A DNA stretch of 37,745 nucleotides from an uncultured virus (IMG/VR IMGVR_UViG_3300042257_000362) (taxonomy: Duplodnaviria; Heunggongvirae; Uroviricota; Caudoviricetes), in the IMG/VR virus record IMGVR_UViG_3300042257_000362, positions 62,001-99,745 of that record; one strand, written 5' to 3'. The position numbers and the translations under genes are program-made. Positions 9,508-19,341 of the stretch are shown in pieces. Every line of letters begins with the position of its first letter. Positions within the stretch are counted from its first letter, which is position 1. The notes beneath the pieces were generated by a model. It worked only from the letters and a program-made list of their open reading frames with translations. It was not told the origin of the DNA and made no database searches.

Positions 9508-9527
9508 GGAGCGAAAGCTCCTTTTTT
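9508..9527 (+). terminator. Intrinsic terminator
   Basis: GGAGC-GAAA-GCTCC followed by TTTTTT. Confidence 0.8.
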
Positions 9528-9554
9528 AGTCGTATATAAAGGAGATGAAGTTTA

Positions 9555-10685
9555 ATGCAAATAATAACAAGTGAATCAGTATTTAGTGGACATCCGGATA
9601 AGATCTGTGACCAAATCAGCGATGCGATACTAGATGCTATTTTAGAACAAGATAAAAACGCTCGAGTAGCAGTTGAAACAGCAATCAAAGATGATTTAGT
9701 CTTTGTCTTTGGAGAGGTCACAACAACTGCGAAAGTAGATTATGCAGTTATAGCAAAACAAAAACTAAAAGAGATTGGCTACGATGATAATTTTGTAGTT
9801 ATGGAGAAGATATCAAAACAATCAGTTGATATCGCTCTTGGTGTGAACTCAACCGAAACACATGAACAAGGTGCTGGAGATCAAGGTATTATGTTTGGTT
9901 ACGCTTGTAACGAAACACAAGAATTCATGCCTTTACCTATCATGCTAGCTAATCAAATATCAAAAGAGATGGATAAAATTCGTAAAGAGAAGTATTCAAA
10001 CATCTTTGGACCTGATGGAAAATGCCAGGTTTCAGTTGGCTATGAAAATGGTAGACCTAAGAAAGTAGAGACTATTGTTGTTTCAGCGCAAACACAGCCT
10101 GGAGTATTCTTAGAAAAAGCAGAAGACATTATCATCAATGAAGTGTTAACAAAAGTATTTGATTTCGATACGATATTAGAGGCAGAAGTATTAATCAATC
10201 CTACGGGTGAGTTTGTGATTGGTGGTCCTTATGCTGATTCTGGATTAACTGGTAGAAAGATTATTGTAGATACTTATGGTGGTTATGCTAAACATGGTGG
10301 AGGTGCCTTTTCTGGCAAGGACGTAAGCAAAGTTGATCGTAGTGCGGCTTATTATGCCAGATACGTTTCAAAAGCCGTTGTTGGGGCAAATTTGGCGACA
10401 CGTTGCGAGTTACAACTAAGTTATGCAATTGGAATAGCAAAACCTGTAAGTGTTTATGTAGATACCTTTGGAACTGGTGTCATTAGTGATGATCAAATTC
10501 AAAGTCTTATTACTAAAGTATTTGATTTTAGACCACAAAGCATAAGAAAAGAACTCAACCTTGATAGTGTTAAGTTCCAGGAGTTAGCGAAGTATGGTCA
10601 CTTTGGTCGTGAAGATTTAGATGTTCGTTGGGAACATGTAGATGATAAGATAACTGAACTGAGAAAACTTTATGAGAAAGCCTAA
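9555..10685 (+). CDS. metK: S-adenosylmethionine synthetase
   Basis: SESV..GHPDKICDQISD, GAGDQG, GLTGRKIIVDTYGG, GGGAFSGKD, YGHFGR. Confidence 0.97.
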   Translation: MQIITSESVFSGHPDKICDQISDAILDAILEQDKNARVAVETAIKDDLVFVFGEVTTTAKVDYAVIAKQKLKEIGYDDNFVVMEKISKQSVDIALGVNSTETHEQGAGDQGIMFGYACNETQEFMPLPIMLANQISKEMDKIRKEKYSNIFGPDGKCQVSVGYENGRPKKVETIVVSAQTQPGVFLEKAEDIIINEVLTKVFDFDTILEAEVLINPTGEFVIGGPYADSGLTGRKIIVDTYGGYAKHGGGAFSGKDVSKVDRSAAYYARYVSKAVVGANLATRCELQLSYAIGIAKPVSVYVDTFGTGVISDDQIQSLITKVFDFRPQSIRKELNLDSVKFQELAKYGHFGREDLDVRWEHVDDKITELRKLYEKA

Positions 10686-10956
10686 AGAAATACATCGATT
10701 CTATAAATCAGTAGCATGGCAAGTAGCAAGAGAAATCAAGATACGAGATGCTAATGGAAAGTGTGAACGTTGTGGTGCTTTAGGAGAAGAAGTTCATCAC
10801 ATTAAACGATTAACAGTACATAATGTAATGAATCCGAACATCAGTTTGAATCAAGAGAACCTTGAGTTGTTGTGTAAGAAATGTCACAACTCAGAACATA
10901 AGCGTTTCTCAAAGTCACAGCATTTTGATGAAGATGGTAATTTGATAATGAAGTAA
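10672..10956 (+). CDS. Packaging-associated HNH endonuclease
   Basis: CERC..EVHH..NLELLCKKCHNSEH; located upstream of the terminase genes. Confidence 0.9.
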   Translation: MRKPKEIHRFYKSVAWQVAREIKIRDANGKCERCGALGEEVHHIKRLTVHNVMNPNISLNQENLELLCKKCHNSEHKRFSKSQHFDEDGNLIMK

Positions 10957-10999
10957 ATAACCATTCATGTTATAATACTTTTTGAAAGGGTGTGCTAAT

Positions 11000-11239
11000 A
11001 TGAGAACTAAGGATGAAGTATTAATTGACTTAATTAAATTAAATGGTGAAATACAAGGTAAAGGTGTTATTGGGGATATTCAAACAACAAGAGATGTTTT
11101 TACAGAATTAAAAGATGAAGTTAAATCTCTGTTTCCTGATGCTTCACTCTTTAATAAAAAAATCTATTTTGGTGATAGCTTTGATTACAAACTTCCTCAA
11201 ATGCAGGAAGAGTGCATTGAAATGATCTTGCTATTCTAA
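11000..11239 (+). CDS. Small hypothetical protein (moron-like)
   Basis: Extended -10 TGTTATAAT at 10968-10976; RBS-like GAAAGGG. Confidence 0.55.
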   Translation: MRTKDEVLIDLIKLNGEIQGKGVIGDIQTTRDVFTELKDEVKSLFPDASLFNKKIYFGDSFDYKLPQMQEECIEMILLF

Positions 11240-11300
11240 CCCCCGCCCCAATGCCTGTTATTTATGTGCGAAGGGTACCGCGTAAGGGGGCAATTAAGAA
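11240..11300. other. Putative cos (cohesive end) region
   Basis: GC-rich island CCCCGCCCC...GGGTACCGCGTAAGGGGGC between HNH and terS, the usual cos position in HK97-like phages. Confidence 0.6.
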
Positions 11301-11345
11301 ACACGAGGAAGATTTTTTGAAAATCGGAAAAGAGGTTTTCAAGTT

Positions 11346-11666
11346 ATGATTAATATAGAATACGAGCGATTAAAGTCGCTTTTTTCTTTGGTCGATGAAT
11401 CAAAGACAGAATTAGTAGATAACTTAATTTATCAAGCTGCATTTATGAAAGTGGAACTTGATAAGTTACAAGAACAGATTAGAAAATATGGTGCGGTTCA
11501 AACTTCAAGTAGAGGTGCACAACGTCAGACTGAAGCCGCCAAGTATTACACAAAATTAGTGAACTCATATGGAACAGTAATTAAAACGCTAAATAGTATT
11601 CTTGGAACACAAGTAGATGATGGAGATGATGCATTTGATGAATTTCTTAAGAGAGCAAGCGAATGA
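11346..11666 (+). CDS. terS: Terminase small subunit (P27-like)
   Basis: Helical 106-aa protein overlapping the terL start (ATGA); C-terminal DAFDEFL. Confidence 0.8.
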   Translation: MINIEYERLKSLFSLVDESKTELVDNLIYQAAFMKVELDKLQEQIRKYGAVQTSSRGAQRQTEAAKYYTKLVNSYGTVIKTLNSILGTQVDDGDDAFDEFLKRASE

Positions 11667-13306
11667 ATTATTTGGTAGAGTATTACAATGAAATCGAAAA
11701 TGGAAATATTATCGTAGGTGAGGAATTAAAAACTGAAATAGATCAACTGATAGAAGATCTAGAAAATCCATTGTATTATTTTGATGAGAAACCAGGACAA
11801 CTAAGGATTGATTTCATTGAAACGTTTTGTAAACACACTAAGTCTCCATTCAACGGTATGCCATTCATTCTAGAATTATGGGAGAAGGCAATCCTTCAAA
11901 CAGCATATGGATTTAAGATAGCCGACTCAGGATTACGTAGATTTAATGAAGTTATATTACTCATTGCTCGTAAGAATGGGAAGACGACATTTGTTGCCGG
12001 TATAGATTTGGCTGAGTTCTTTTTATCAAGAGGTGGAGTAGATATTGTATGTGCTTCTAACACCACAGAACAAGCAAACATTCTTTTTGAAGAGATCAAC
12101 AACATGCGAGAACAATCTCCGGCTTTATCAAAGGAAACTAGAAGTAAGAAAAACATCTATCACATCTATTCTCCGAAGACTAAGAATAAGATTAAGAAGT
12201 TATCTGCTCAATCAAGAAACAAAGATGGATACAATATCGAAGTTGGTTGTATTGATGAAGTCCATGAAATGACGGACTCAAAAGTCTATGATGCAATCAA
12301 ACAATCACAATCAACAAAGAAAGAACCGTTAATATTTATCATAACCACTGAAGGGACGACCATCGGTGGTTTTTTAGATAGTAAATTAGAATATGCTAGA
12401 AAAATGTTAAAAGGTGAAATACAAGATAACAGAGTACTTCCCTGGCTCTACACACAAGACTCAACTAAGGAGATTTACGAAGATCCAACCACATGGCAAA
12501 AGTCGAATCCTAGTATTGGAGTCGTAAAACTCAATAATTACTTAGAAGATGTTATGAACAAATCGAAGCACGACTTATCCACAAGGGTGACAATGCTTTG
12601 TAAAGACTTTAATATCAAGCAAGCAGATTCAGGTTCATGGTTATCTTTTGATGATTTGAACAATGAAGACAAATATTCAATCGATGATTTAAGAGATTCT
12701 TATGCAATTGGTGGTGTCGATCTATCTTCAACAACAGACCTGACAGCTGCAGTCTTGGTTATCCAAAAACGAGATAGCAATAAGAAGTATGTCATACCGC
12801 ATTTCTTTATGCCAAGTGAAGTAGTGGAAAAGAGAATCAAAGAAGATAACGTTCCATATGACATTTGGATTAAGAAAGGTTTTGTGACTCTCACTGATGG
12901 ACATCAAAATGACTTTAGTTTAGTAACTCAGTGGTTTATGAAGATGATACAAACTTATGGAATCCGACCACTATGGGTAGGGTATGACCCCTGGAACTCA
13001 CAGTACTGGATAAAAGAAATGGAAGACTTAGGTTTTAATATGGAGAAAGTAAGACAAGGTATCTATTCTTTATCAGAACCAATGAAAATCCTAGAAGCAG
13101 ATCTAAAAAACAATGTTGTGAACTATAACAATAATCCTATCTTGAAATGGTGTCTTGCTAACACACAAGCAAAGGTTGATTTAAATGGAAACATCCAACC
13201 ATCAAAACTAAACTCTAAGTACAAACGAATTGATGGAACAGTAGCGTTGATAATTGCCTATGTTGTTCTAAATAGATATAAGACAGATTATGAAAATATG
13301 ATATAA
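11663..13306 (+). CDS. terL: Terminase large subunit
   Basis: IARKNGKT, IDEVH, ITTEG, GVDLSSTTDLT, YDPWN, RIDG. Confidence 0.96.
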   Translation: MNYLVEYYNEIENGNIIVGEELKTEIDQLIEDLENPLYYFDEKPGQLRIDFIETFCKHTKSPFNGMPFILELWEKAILQTAYGFKIADSGLRRFNEVILLIARKNGKTTFVAGIDLAEFFLSRGGVDIVCASNTTEQANILFEEINNMREQSPALSKETRSKKNIYHIYSPKTKNKIKKLSAQSRNKDGYNIEVGCIDEVHEMTDSKVYDAIKQSQSTKKEPLIFIITTEGTTIGGFLDSKLEYARKMLKGEIQDNRVLPWLYTQDSTKEIYEDPTTWQKSNPSIGVVKLNNYLEDVMNKSKHDLSTRVTMLCKDFNIKQADSGSWLSFDDLNNEDKYSIDDLRDSYAIGGVDLSSTTDLTAAVLVIQKRDSNKKYVIPHFFMPSEVVEKRIKEDNVPYDIWIKKGFVTLTDGHQNDFSLVTQWFMKMIQTYGIRPLWVGYDPWNSQYWIKEMEDLGFNMEKVRQGIYSLSEPMKILEADLKNNVVNYNNNPILKWCLANTQAKVDLNGNIQPSKLNSKYKRIDGTVALIIAYVVLNRYKTDYENMI

Positions 13307-13331
13307 TATTTATAAATTGGGGGTGCAATTT

Positions 13332-13898
13332 ATGGATATTATTGCAGTAATTATTTCATCATTAACACTTTTATGGACATTCATCAGTTTTTTTTTACTA
13401 CATAAGCAGTCAAAGGAAATACAGCAATTACAAGCAAAATATGATCGAACAAACTATATGAGTCAGGTACAATTTGATATTGAGATTGAAACATACAAAA
13501 AACTTTCTGTAACTTTTCATAAGTTATATTTTTCAATACACTCATTGTTTCCAAATGGGCTAGACAGAGCTACTCCATTTGATGAGGAAAAGAAAATTGA
13601 ATACAGAAAGAAAATCTATGAAGACGCAGTAAAGGCATACAATGGATATATCGAAGTGCTTTTTGCTAATAGACCTTTCATCGATGAAAACATATATAAA
13701 GGGTTTGATGAACTTAGAGATAAAGCAAGATTGCAAATTGCATGGTTTCCGGACCTGATGATCTTTAAAAGAGATACATATATAAAAGAGTATGCAGAGG
13801 AAGAAACTCAATGCTGGAAGAGAACTTCAGAAATTGAAAAAGAAAAAGATGAATTATTAAAACTGGTAAGGGAACATCTTAAATCAATCATGAAATAG
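13332..13898 (+). CDS. Moron-like membrane-anchored hypothetical protein
   Basis: N-terminal hydrophobic helix IIAVIISSLTLLWTFISFFLL; TGATATAAT at 13299-13307. Confidence 0.7.
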   Translation: MDIIAVIISSLTLLWTFISFFLLHKQSKEIQQLQAKYDRTNYMSQVQFDIEIETYKKLSVTFHKLYFSIHSLFPNGLDRATPFDEEKKIEYRKKIYEDAVKAYNGYIEVLFANRPFIDENIYKGFDELRDKARLQIAWFPDLMIFKRDTYIKEYAEEETQCWKRTSEIEKEKDELLKLVREHLKSIMK

Positions 13899-13907
13899 GA
13901 GGTGCAC

Positions 13908-15125
13908 ATGGCCTTATTTAAGAGAAGAAAAAAGACTGGATCATTTGATGCACTCCAGTTAATCAGTAATTTAAATACGTTTTACACACCATTTGGTACA
14001 AACATTTCAAAGAGTGATGTAGTAAAAATATGTATTGATCGAGTCGCAAGTCAATGTGCGAAACTCAAACCCAGATTTATAAAAACCGAAAACGATAAGA
14101 CAGTAACCGAGAAAAAAGGTAGGCTGTCTTTTCTTTTGAAGTATAAACCGAACGAAATTATGACACCTTATGACTTCATCTACAAAACAATCACATTACT
14201 CTTGTTGAATGATAACGCATTTGTTTATCCGAAGTTCGATAAAGATACAGGTGAACTAAAAGGTATCTATCCATTAAGACCGATCACTGTAGAAATCATT
14301 GTTGATAGCTCAGATACTTACTTCATCAAATTCTTGTTCGATAATGGAGAGTCATACATATTGCCCTATGATAATGTCATTCATTTAAGACGACATTTCG
14401 GACAGAATGATATCTTTGGAGGAACTGGATCAACGGGCGATCATGAAGCAATACTAAAAACGATATCCATCAACGATAGCTTACTTCAAGGAATCGATAA
14501 TGCTGTGAAATCTTCAATGCAGATTAAAGGTATCTTGAAAATGAATGGTATGTTATCAGAAACGGATAAGAAGAAGCAACGTGAGTTATTCGATGCTGCA
14601 TTATCAGAATCCGTAAGTTTGAAGGGAAGTTCAATTATTCCGATTGATTTAAAGTCAGAGTATATTCCATTAGCAGTTGATCCGAAACTGATTGATAAGG
14701 ATACACTTGAATTCTTACAAGCGAAGATCCTGGATTACTTTGGAGTATCAGTCCCAATCTTTACTAACAAATATACAGAAGATGAATATAACTCATTCTA
14801 TGAGTCAACGATAGAGCCTTTAGCTATTCAACTTAGCGAGGCTTTTTCTTTAGGCTTACTTACGGATAATCAGCTAGAACGTGGAGAAGAAATCATATTC
14901 TATAGCGAAAGACTACAGTATGCTTCATGGAATACCAAAGTAGCAGCTATTGAGAAACTGATGAGTCTTGGGATTATGTCATTAAATGAATCAAGAGCAC
15001 TACTAGGACTTGAACCTATCGAAGGTGGAAACAAACGACTTCAATCATTAAACTTTGTGGATGCAGATAAAGCAAATCAATATCAGGTAGGAACGGAGGA
15101 ACCTATAGATGAAAATAACAGTTAA
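13908..15125 (+). CDS. HK97-family portal protein
   Basis: KPNEIMTPYDF, NAFVY, IYPLRP, VIHLR, FGV, SLNESRALLGLEPIEGG. Confidence 0.93.
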   Translation: MALFKRRKKTGSFDALQLISNLNTFYTPFGTNISKSDVVKICIDRVASQCAKLKPRFIKTENDKTVTEKKGRLSFLLKYKPNEIMTPYDFIYKTITLLLLNDNAFVYPKFDKDTGELKGIYPLRPITVEIIVDSSDTYFIKFLFDNGESYILPYDNVIHLRRHFGQNDIFGGTGSTGDHEAILKTISINDSLLQGIDNAVKSSMQIKGILKMNGMLSETDKKKQRELFDAALSESVSLKGSSIIPIDLKSEYIPLAVDPKLIDKDTLEFLQAKILDYFGVSVPIFTNKYTEDEYNSFYESTIEPLAIQLSEAFSLGLLTDNQLERGEEIIFYSERLQYASWNTKVAAIEKLMSLGIMSLNESRALLGLEPIEGGNKRLQSLNFVDADKANQYQVGTEEPIDENNS

Positions 15126-15324
15126 TGGAAAGATATCAGAAGATGCCTTAAAGGTTATCTTAGATACACAAAAGAAGAAAACGATTATCATTGATGATTA
15201 TTGTAAAAAAGAGAAACTCGAGTCTCTTTTCTATAAAGACTCTGAGCTTGAATATGAATATCAAAAACAAGTAACACCTAAACCTAAGAAAGTGGAGACC
15301 AGAAATAATGATAAAGGAAACTAG
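15109..15324 (+). CDS. Small hypothetical protein between portal and protease
   Basis: RBS GGAGGA; overlaps both neighbouring genes. Confidence 0.6.
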   Translation: MKITVNGKISEDALKVILDTQKKKTIIIDDYCKKEKLESLFYKDSELEYEYQKQVTPKPKKVETRNNDKGN

Positions 15325-15898
15325 ACTCGCAGATGTCACGCTTCATGAAGAAGATGACAAGATGATATTAGAAGGCTATGCACTAGTCTTTAATAATGAA
15401 ACATTAATCGGTGATGAAGAATATGGTTTCATTGAAGAAATCGATTCAAGAGCACTATCAGAAACAAAAATGAAGGATGTTCCTATGAAATACAATCATA
15501 TGGACTCCTTTTTAATTTTAGCAAGAACAAGAAACCAGTCCCTTCAATTATCAGTTGATTCGCAAGGATTAAAAGTCCGAGCTGAATTATTAGATACGAA
15601 TACAAACCAGGACATCTATAAAATGGTAAGAAGTGGGTTGTTGGATAAGATGAGTTTTGCTTTTACGGTAGATGAACAAGTATGGAACCGTGAAGGTAGA
15701 ATTCCAAAAAGAACTATTACAAAGATAGAACGATTGTATGATGTGTCGGTTGTGGATACTCCGGCTTATGATGCAACTAGTATATACGCTCGTTCTTTAG
15801 AATCTATGGAGTTAGAACTAAAGGCTATGGAGTTAGCAGAGCAAGAACAAAACGCAAGCATTATCAAAAAACGAATCAAAATCAAATCACAAATTTAA
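15308..15898 (+). CDS. HK97-family prohead protease
   Basis: LEGYALVFN, YNH, MSFAF, LYDVSVVDTPAY. Confidence 0.93.
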   Translation: MIKETRLADVTLHEEDDKMILEGYALVFNNETLIGDEEYGFIEEIDSRALSETKMKDVPMKYNHMDSFLILARTRNQSLQLSVDSQGLKVRAELLDTNTNQDIYKMVRSGLLDKMSFAFTVDEQVWNREGRIPKRTITKIERLYDVSVVDTPAYDATSIYARSLESMELELKAMELAEQEQNASIIKKRIKIKSQI

Positions 15899-15912
15899 AA
15901 GGAGAAAAAACA

Positions 15913-17046
15913 ATGAATTTAGAACTTAGACGAAAAGAAATCGAGTCAAGACTGACTGAAATCAGAGGTCTTGTCGATAATGAAACAGATATTACAAAAC
16001 TAGAAGCTTTTGAAACTGAAACGACTGAGCTTCAAGAAGAAAGAAGTGTTATTGATAAGAAAATGGCGATTGCTAGTAAAACAGAAATCAAACCAATTGT
16101 TATCGATAACAGAACTAAAATTGACAAAGAAAAACTAGAACAACGTGGAGCTAGTTTACGTGAATCAAGAGTTATTCAAGTATCGAGTGAAGAAATTTTA
16201 TTACCTGATCATACAGCTTCAGGATTAGATCCATTACCATTTAGACAAGTTTCCACACTTGTTGATCGTGTTAATGTAATCAACCTAAATGGTGGAGAAA
16301 CGTACAAGAAATCATTTGTTAAGAGCAATGGTATTGCTGGAACTACACTTGAAGGACAACCTTACAGTGAAACAGAACCTGCATTTGGATATCTGACAAT
16401 TTCCAAAGTGAAGATTACTGCCTATACGGAAATCACAGAGGAACTTGAAAAATTACCAGCGATTCCTTATCAAGCAGAAGTATTACGCAATATCAATATC
16501 TCATTGAAAAAGAAAATCAGTGAGCAAATCTTACGTGGGGCTGGAACGACTAATACATTCACAGGAATCTTTAGTGATGCAGCTGTAGCTCTTGCGGATA
16601 CCACACCACTTGAAATTGAAGCAATCACTGATTCAACACTTGATGATATTGTCTTTGCTTATGGTGGAGATGAAGAAGTCGAAGGTGGAGCAGTACTTAT
16701 CTTGAATAAGAATGACTTACGTGCATTTGCTGGATTGAAAACACCTGAAGGTCGAAAAGTACACACAATTGATTACGTCAATAAAACGATCGATGGTATC
16801 CCTTATATCATTAACTCAAACTGTAAAGCTATCTCAGATAGTAATACAGCCGCTGGAGAATACGGTATCGCTTACGGTGCACTTACCAATTATGAAGTAC
16901 CAGTATTCTCACCAGTTGAAATCGGTAAATCAACTGATTACAAATTCAAAGATGGAATCATCAGCTATAAAGCATCAGTTTTCACTGGTGGTAACGTAGT
17001 CGGTTATAACGGATTCCTACGCATCAAAAAGAAAGCTGCAGCATAA
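15913..17046 (+). CDS. HK97-fold major capsid protein
   Basis: Coiled-coil delta-domain N-terminus, EITEEL, ILRGAG..GI; position after the protease. Confidence 0.92.
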   Translation: MNLELRRKEIESRLTEIRGLVDNETDITKLEAFETETTELQEERSVIDKKMAIASKTEIKPIVIDNRTKIDKEKLEQRGASLRESRVIQVSSEEILLPDHTASGLDPLPFRQVSTLVDRVNVINLNGGETYKKSFVKSNGIAGTTLEGQPYSETEPAFGYLTISKVKITAYTEITEELEKLPAIPYQAEVLRNINISLKKKISEQILRGAGTTNTFTGIFSDAAVALADTTPLEIEAITDSTLDDIVFAYGGDEEVEGGAVLILNKNDLRAFAGLKTPEGRKVHTIDYVNKTIDGIPYIINSNCKAISDSNTAAGEYGIAYGALTNYEVPVFSPVEIGKSTDYKFKDGIISYKASVFTGGNVVGYNGFLRIKKKAAA

Positions 17047-17082
17047 TAGTAGCTTAGACTAAATTAAGAAAGGATTGATCTC

Positions 17083-17379
17083 ATGGCAATATTAGATATC
17101 GTGAAAAAAGCATTACTTATCCCCCAATCAGAATCATATGCTGACGATGAACTATCAACTCATATTAGTAGTTGTAAAGCATACCTAACGAGCTGTGGGA
17201 TTGATCCTTCTTATATAAACGATGAATCAAATCCAATGGTTAGTACAGTGATCATAATTTATGTGAAGACATTCTTTGGTTTTAAGAATGATGGGAGTGC
17301 AAAGGAACTACCTAAAACATTTGATATGTTGGTAGGACAGATTGCATTAACAAAAGGAGCAGATGAAAATGTATCCTAA
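17083..17379 (+). CDS. Head-tail connector (gp6-like)
   Basis: LDIVKKALLI..DDEL..I...KAYL pattern; gene order. Confidence 0.8.
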   Translation: MAILDIVKKALLIPQSESYADDELSTHISSCKAYLTSCGIDPSYINDESNPMVSTVIIIYVKTFFGFKNDGSAKELPKTFDMLVGQIALTKGADENVS

Positions 17380-17704
17380 TTCACCAAACATTAGATTGAA
17401 ACTACTAACTATGGATTTGGTTCAAAATTCAATTGGATCTTCGGCATATCAACTTCAAAACTCAAAAGAAGTTAGCGGTATAAACTTTAGTATTACATCG
17501 AACGAATACTATGAAAGTAAACGATCAGATATAAGAATCGATGTTGCACTTAAAATTCAAAGTTTCTTGTACGATGGTAGCAAATACGCAGACATAGCAG
17601 GTGATATATACAAGATTGAACGAACGTATCAGATCGGACAGTTCATTGAGTTATATTTGAGTAGAACTAAGATCAGAAAGAGTGACATCAATGATTACGC
17701 TTGA
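17363..17704 (+). CDS. Head closure protein
   Basis: SITSNEYY..YKIERTY..IELYL; gene order. Confidence 0.75.
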   Translation: MKMYPNSPNIRLKLLTMDLVQNSIGSSAYQLQNSKEVSGINFSITSNEYYESKRSDIRIDVALKIQSFLYDGSKYADIAGDIYKIERTYQIGQFIELYLSRTKIRKSDINDYA

Positions 17705-18074
17705 TGAACTTGGTGTTGCTATATCTGAAATGGTAGAAGAGTATGCTGAAGAGATTATTGGAAAACTTGAAAAACGACTAGATGAAACAGCTCAGGAAAT
17801 CGTAAAGTATATTCAAACACATGCACCAAGAAGTGGTGGTTCAAAACCATTTGCCGATTCGTTTATTGCTGAATCTCAAGGTAGTGGAATCAACAAAACT
17901 ATTGTTATCTTCTCAAATGAAAAAGGAAAACTAACACATTTACTAGAATTCGGATTTACACATCGTAGTGGTAAGTATGTAGGGCCACGACCATTTATGC
18001 GTCCAGCCTATGATTTACTTACACCTAGAATGCTAGAAGATATTAAAACAATTATTGAAAAAGGTGATGTCTAA
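17691..18074 (+). CDS. HK97 gp10-like tail component
   Basis: LTHLLEFG..GKYVGPRPFMRPA. Confidence 0.85.
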   Translation: MITLDELGVAISEMVEEYAEEIIGKLEKRLDETAQEIVKYIQTHAPRSGGSKPFADSFIAESQGSGINKTIVIFSNEKGKLTHLLEFGFTHRSGKYVGPRPFMRPAYDLLTPRMLEDIKTIIEKGDV

Positions 18075-18409
18075 TGCAGGAAAAGTTAGAAGCCTTATAC
18101 GATACTTTAAACTCTGTTTTACCAGGTAAGGTATCTTATGGAACGAGGGTAGGATTAGAATCAGATCCGAACTATATCATCTACCAAGAATTAAGCAATC
18201 GATCCATTGTTTATGCAGATGATAGAGCAGTCGCAAAAGTAGCAACATTTCAAGTCAGTCTGATCACAGAAAAGAAGAACTTAGGATTAGAAGAACAGTT
18301 AGAAGAATCCCTTTATTTTATGGGATATGAATTTGAATTATTATCTGAATTTGTCAATGAAGACAGTTCAGTCAACAGAGTATATGAAATTAAACAGGAG
18401 GTTTTTTAA
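18074..18409 (+). CDS. Putative tail terminator
   Basis: PNYIIY..YADD..FQVSLITEKK; directly precedes the major tail gene. Confidence 0.7.
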   Translation: MQEKLEALYDTLNSVLPGKVSYGTRVGLESDPNYIIYQELSNRSIVYADDRAVAKVATFQVSLITEKKNLGLEEQLEESLYFMGYEFELLSEFVNEDSSVNRVYEIKQEVF

Positions 18410-18976
18410 ATGAGTAATAAAGTCACATTTGGTTTAACGAACGTACACTATGCACTGGCTACACAAGCTGAAGATGGTAGCTGGACCTTTGCAACGCCTA
18501 AGCGTTTAGAAGGTGCGCAGGAAATTACAACTGAAGCAATCGGTGGAAGCACACAAGTATATGCTGATGATAAAGTGATTGCTACATTAGTATCCAATTC
18601 AGGATCTAATGTCACGCTTAAATTTACAGAAATTGATGACGTGTTCAAAAAGGACATCTTTGGTGTTTTAGAAGATACAAACGGAAATCTTGTAGAAGTA
18701 GTAAATGGTGAAACAAAGACATTTGCTTTGGGCTATGAAATTCAAGGAGATATTAAAGCGAGACGCATTTGGTACTTCTTATGTACAGCTACACCTTCTG
18801 GAGATGCTAGTAAGTCGAAAGCAGATTCCATTGAAGCGAACTCAATCACATTAAACATTACTGCAAGGCCTATTGAATCAGGAGATAATCTAATTCTAAG
18901 AGTAATCGCAGGTGTGGGAGATACGAACTATGCAGCTTTTCTTACTACAGCACCAGCATTACCTACATTTATTTAA
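18410..18976 (+). CDS. Major tail protein (phi13-like family)
   Basis: NKVTFGLTNVHYA, YADD, FALGYEIQGD. Confidence 0.9.
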   Translation: MSNKVTFGLTNVHYALATQAEDGSWTFATPKRLEGAQEITTEAIGGSTQVYADDKVIATLVSNSGSNVTLKFTEIDDVFKKDIFGVLEDTNGNLVEVVNGETKTFALGYEIQGDIKARRIWYFLCTATPSGDASKSKADSIEANSITLNITARPIESGDNLILRVIAGVGDTNYAAFLTTAPALPTFI

Positions 18977-18990
18977 GGAGATAAACTAAT

Positions 18991-19341
18991 ATGGAAAAAA
19001 TACTGAAACTTGGTGAAAAGGAGTATCGACTTCATTCATCACTATTTACGATTATTGATTACCGTAATGTGTTCTCAACAGAGCTATTTAGTGATATTAA
19101 AAAGTTAGATAATTCTAAAGCAAAAAAAGAAGAAGATCTATCAACAGTAATTGACACAATCTTCCGAATTATATATGTATTACAACGACCATTCAGCAAG
19201 CAATCTTACAACGACTTTCTGATGTCACTGGATTTTTCTATTCTGAGTAATCAGGATGAACTTGAAAATCTAACGAATACGATAGGTGAAATGCTCGGTA
19301 CGTTTCAAAAAGGAACAACAAACAAACCGCCCTCAAAATAG
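18991..19341 (+). CDS. Tail assembly chaperone (G-like)
   Basis: Position after the major tail gene; RBS AAGGAG. Confidence 0.8.
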   Translation: MEKILKLGEKEYRLHSSLFTIIDYRNVFSTELFSDIKKLDNSKAKKEEDLSTVIDTIFRIIYVLQRPFSKQSYNDFLMSLDFSILSNQDELENLTNTIGEMLGTFQKGTTNKPPSK

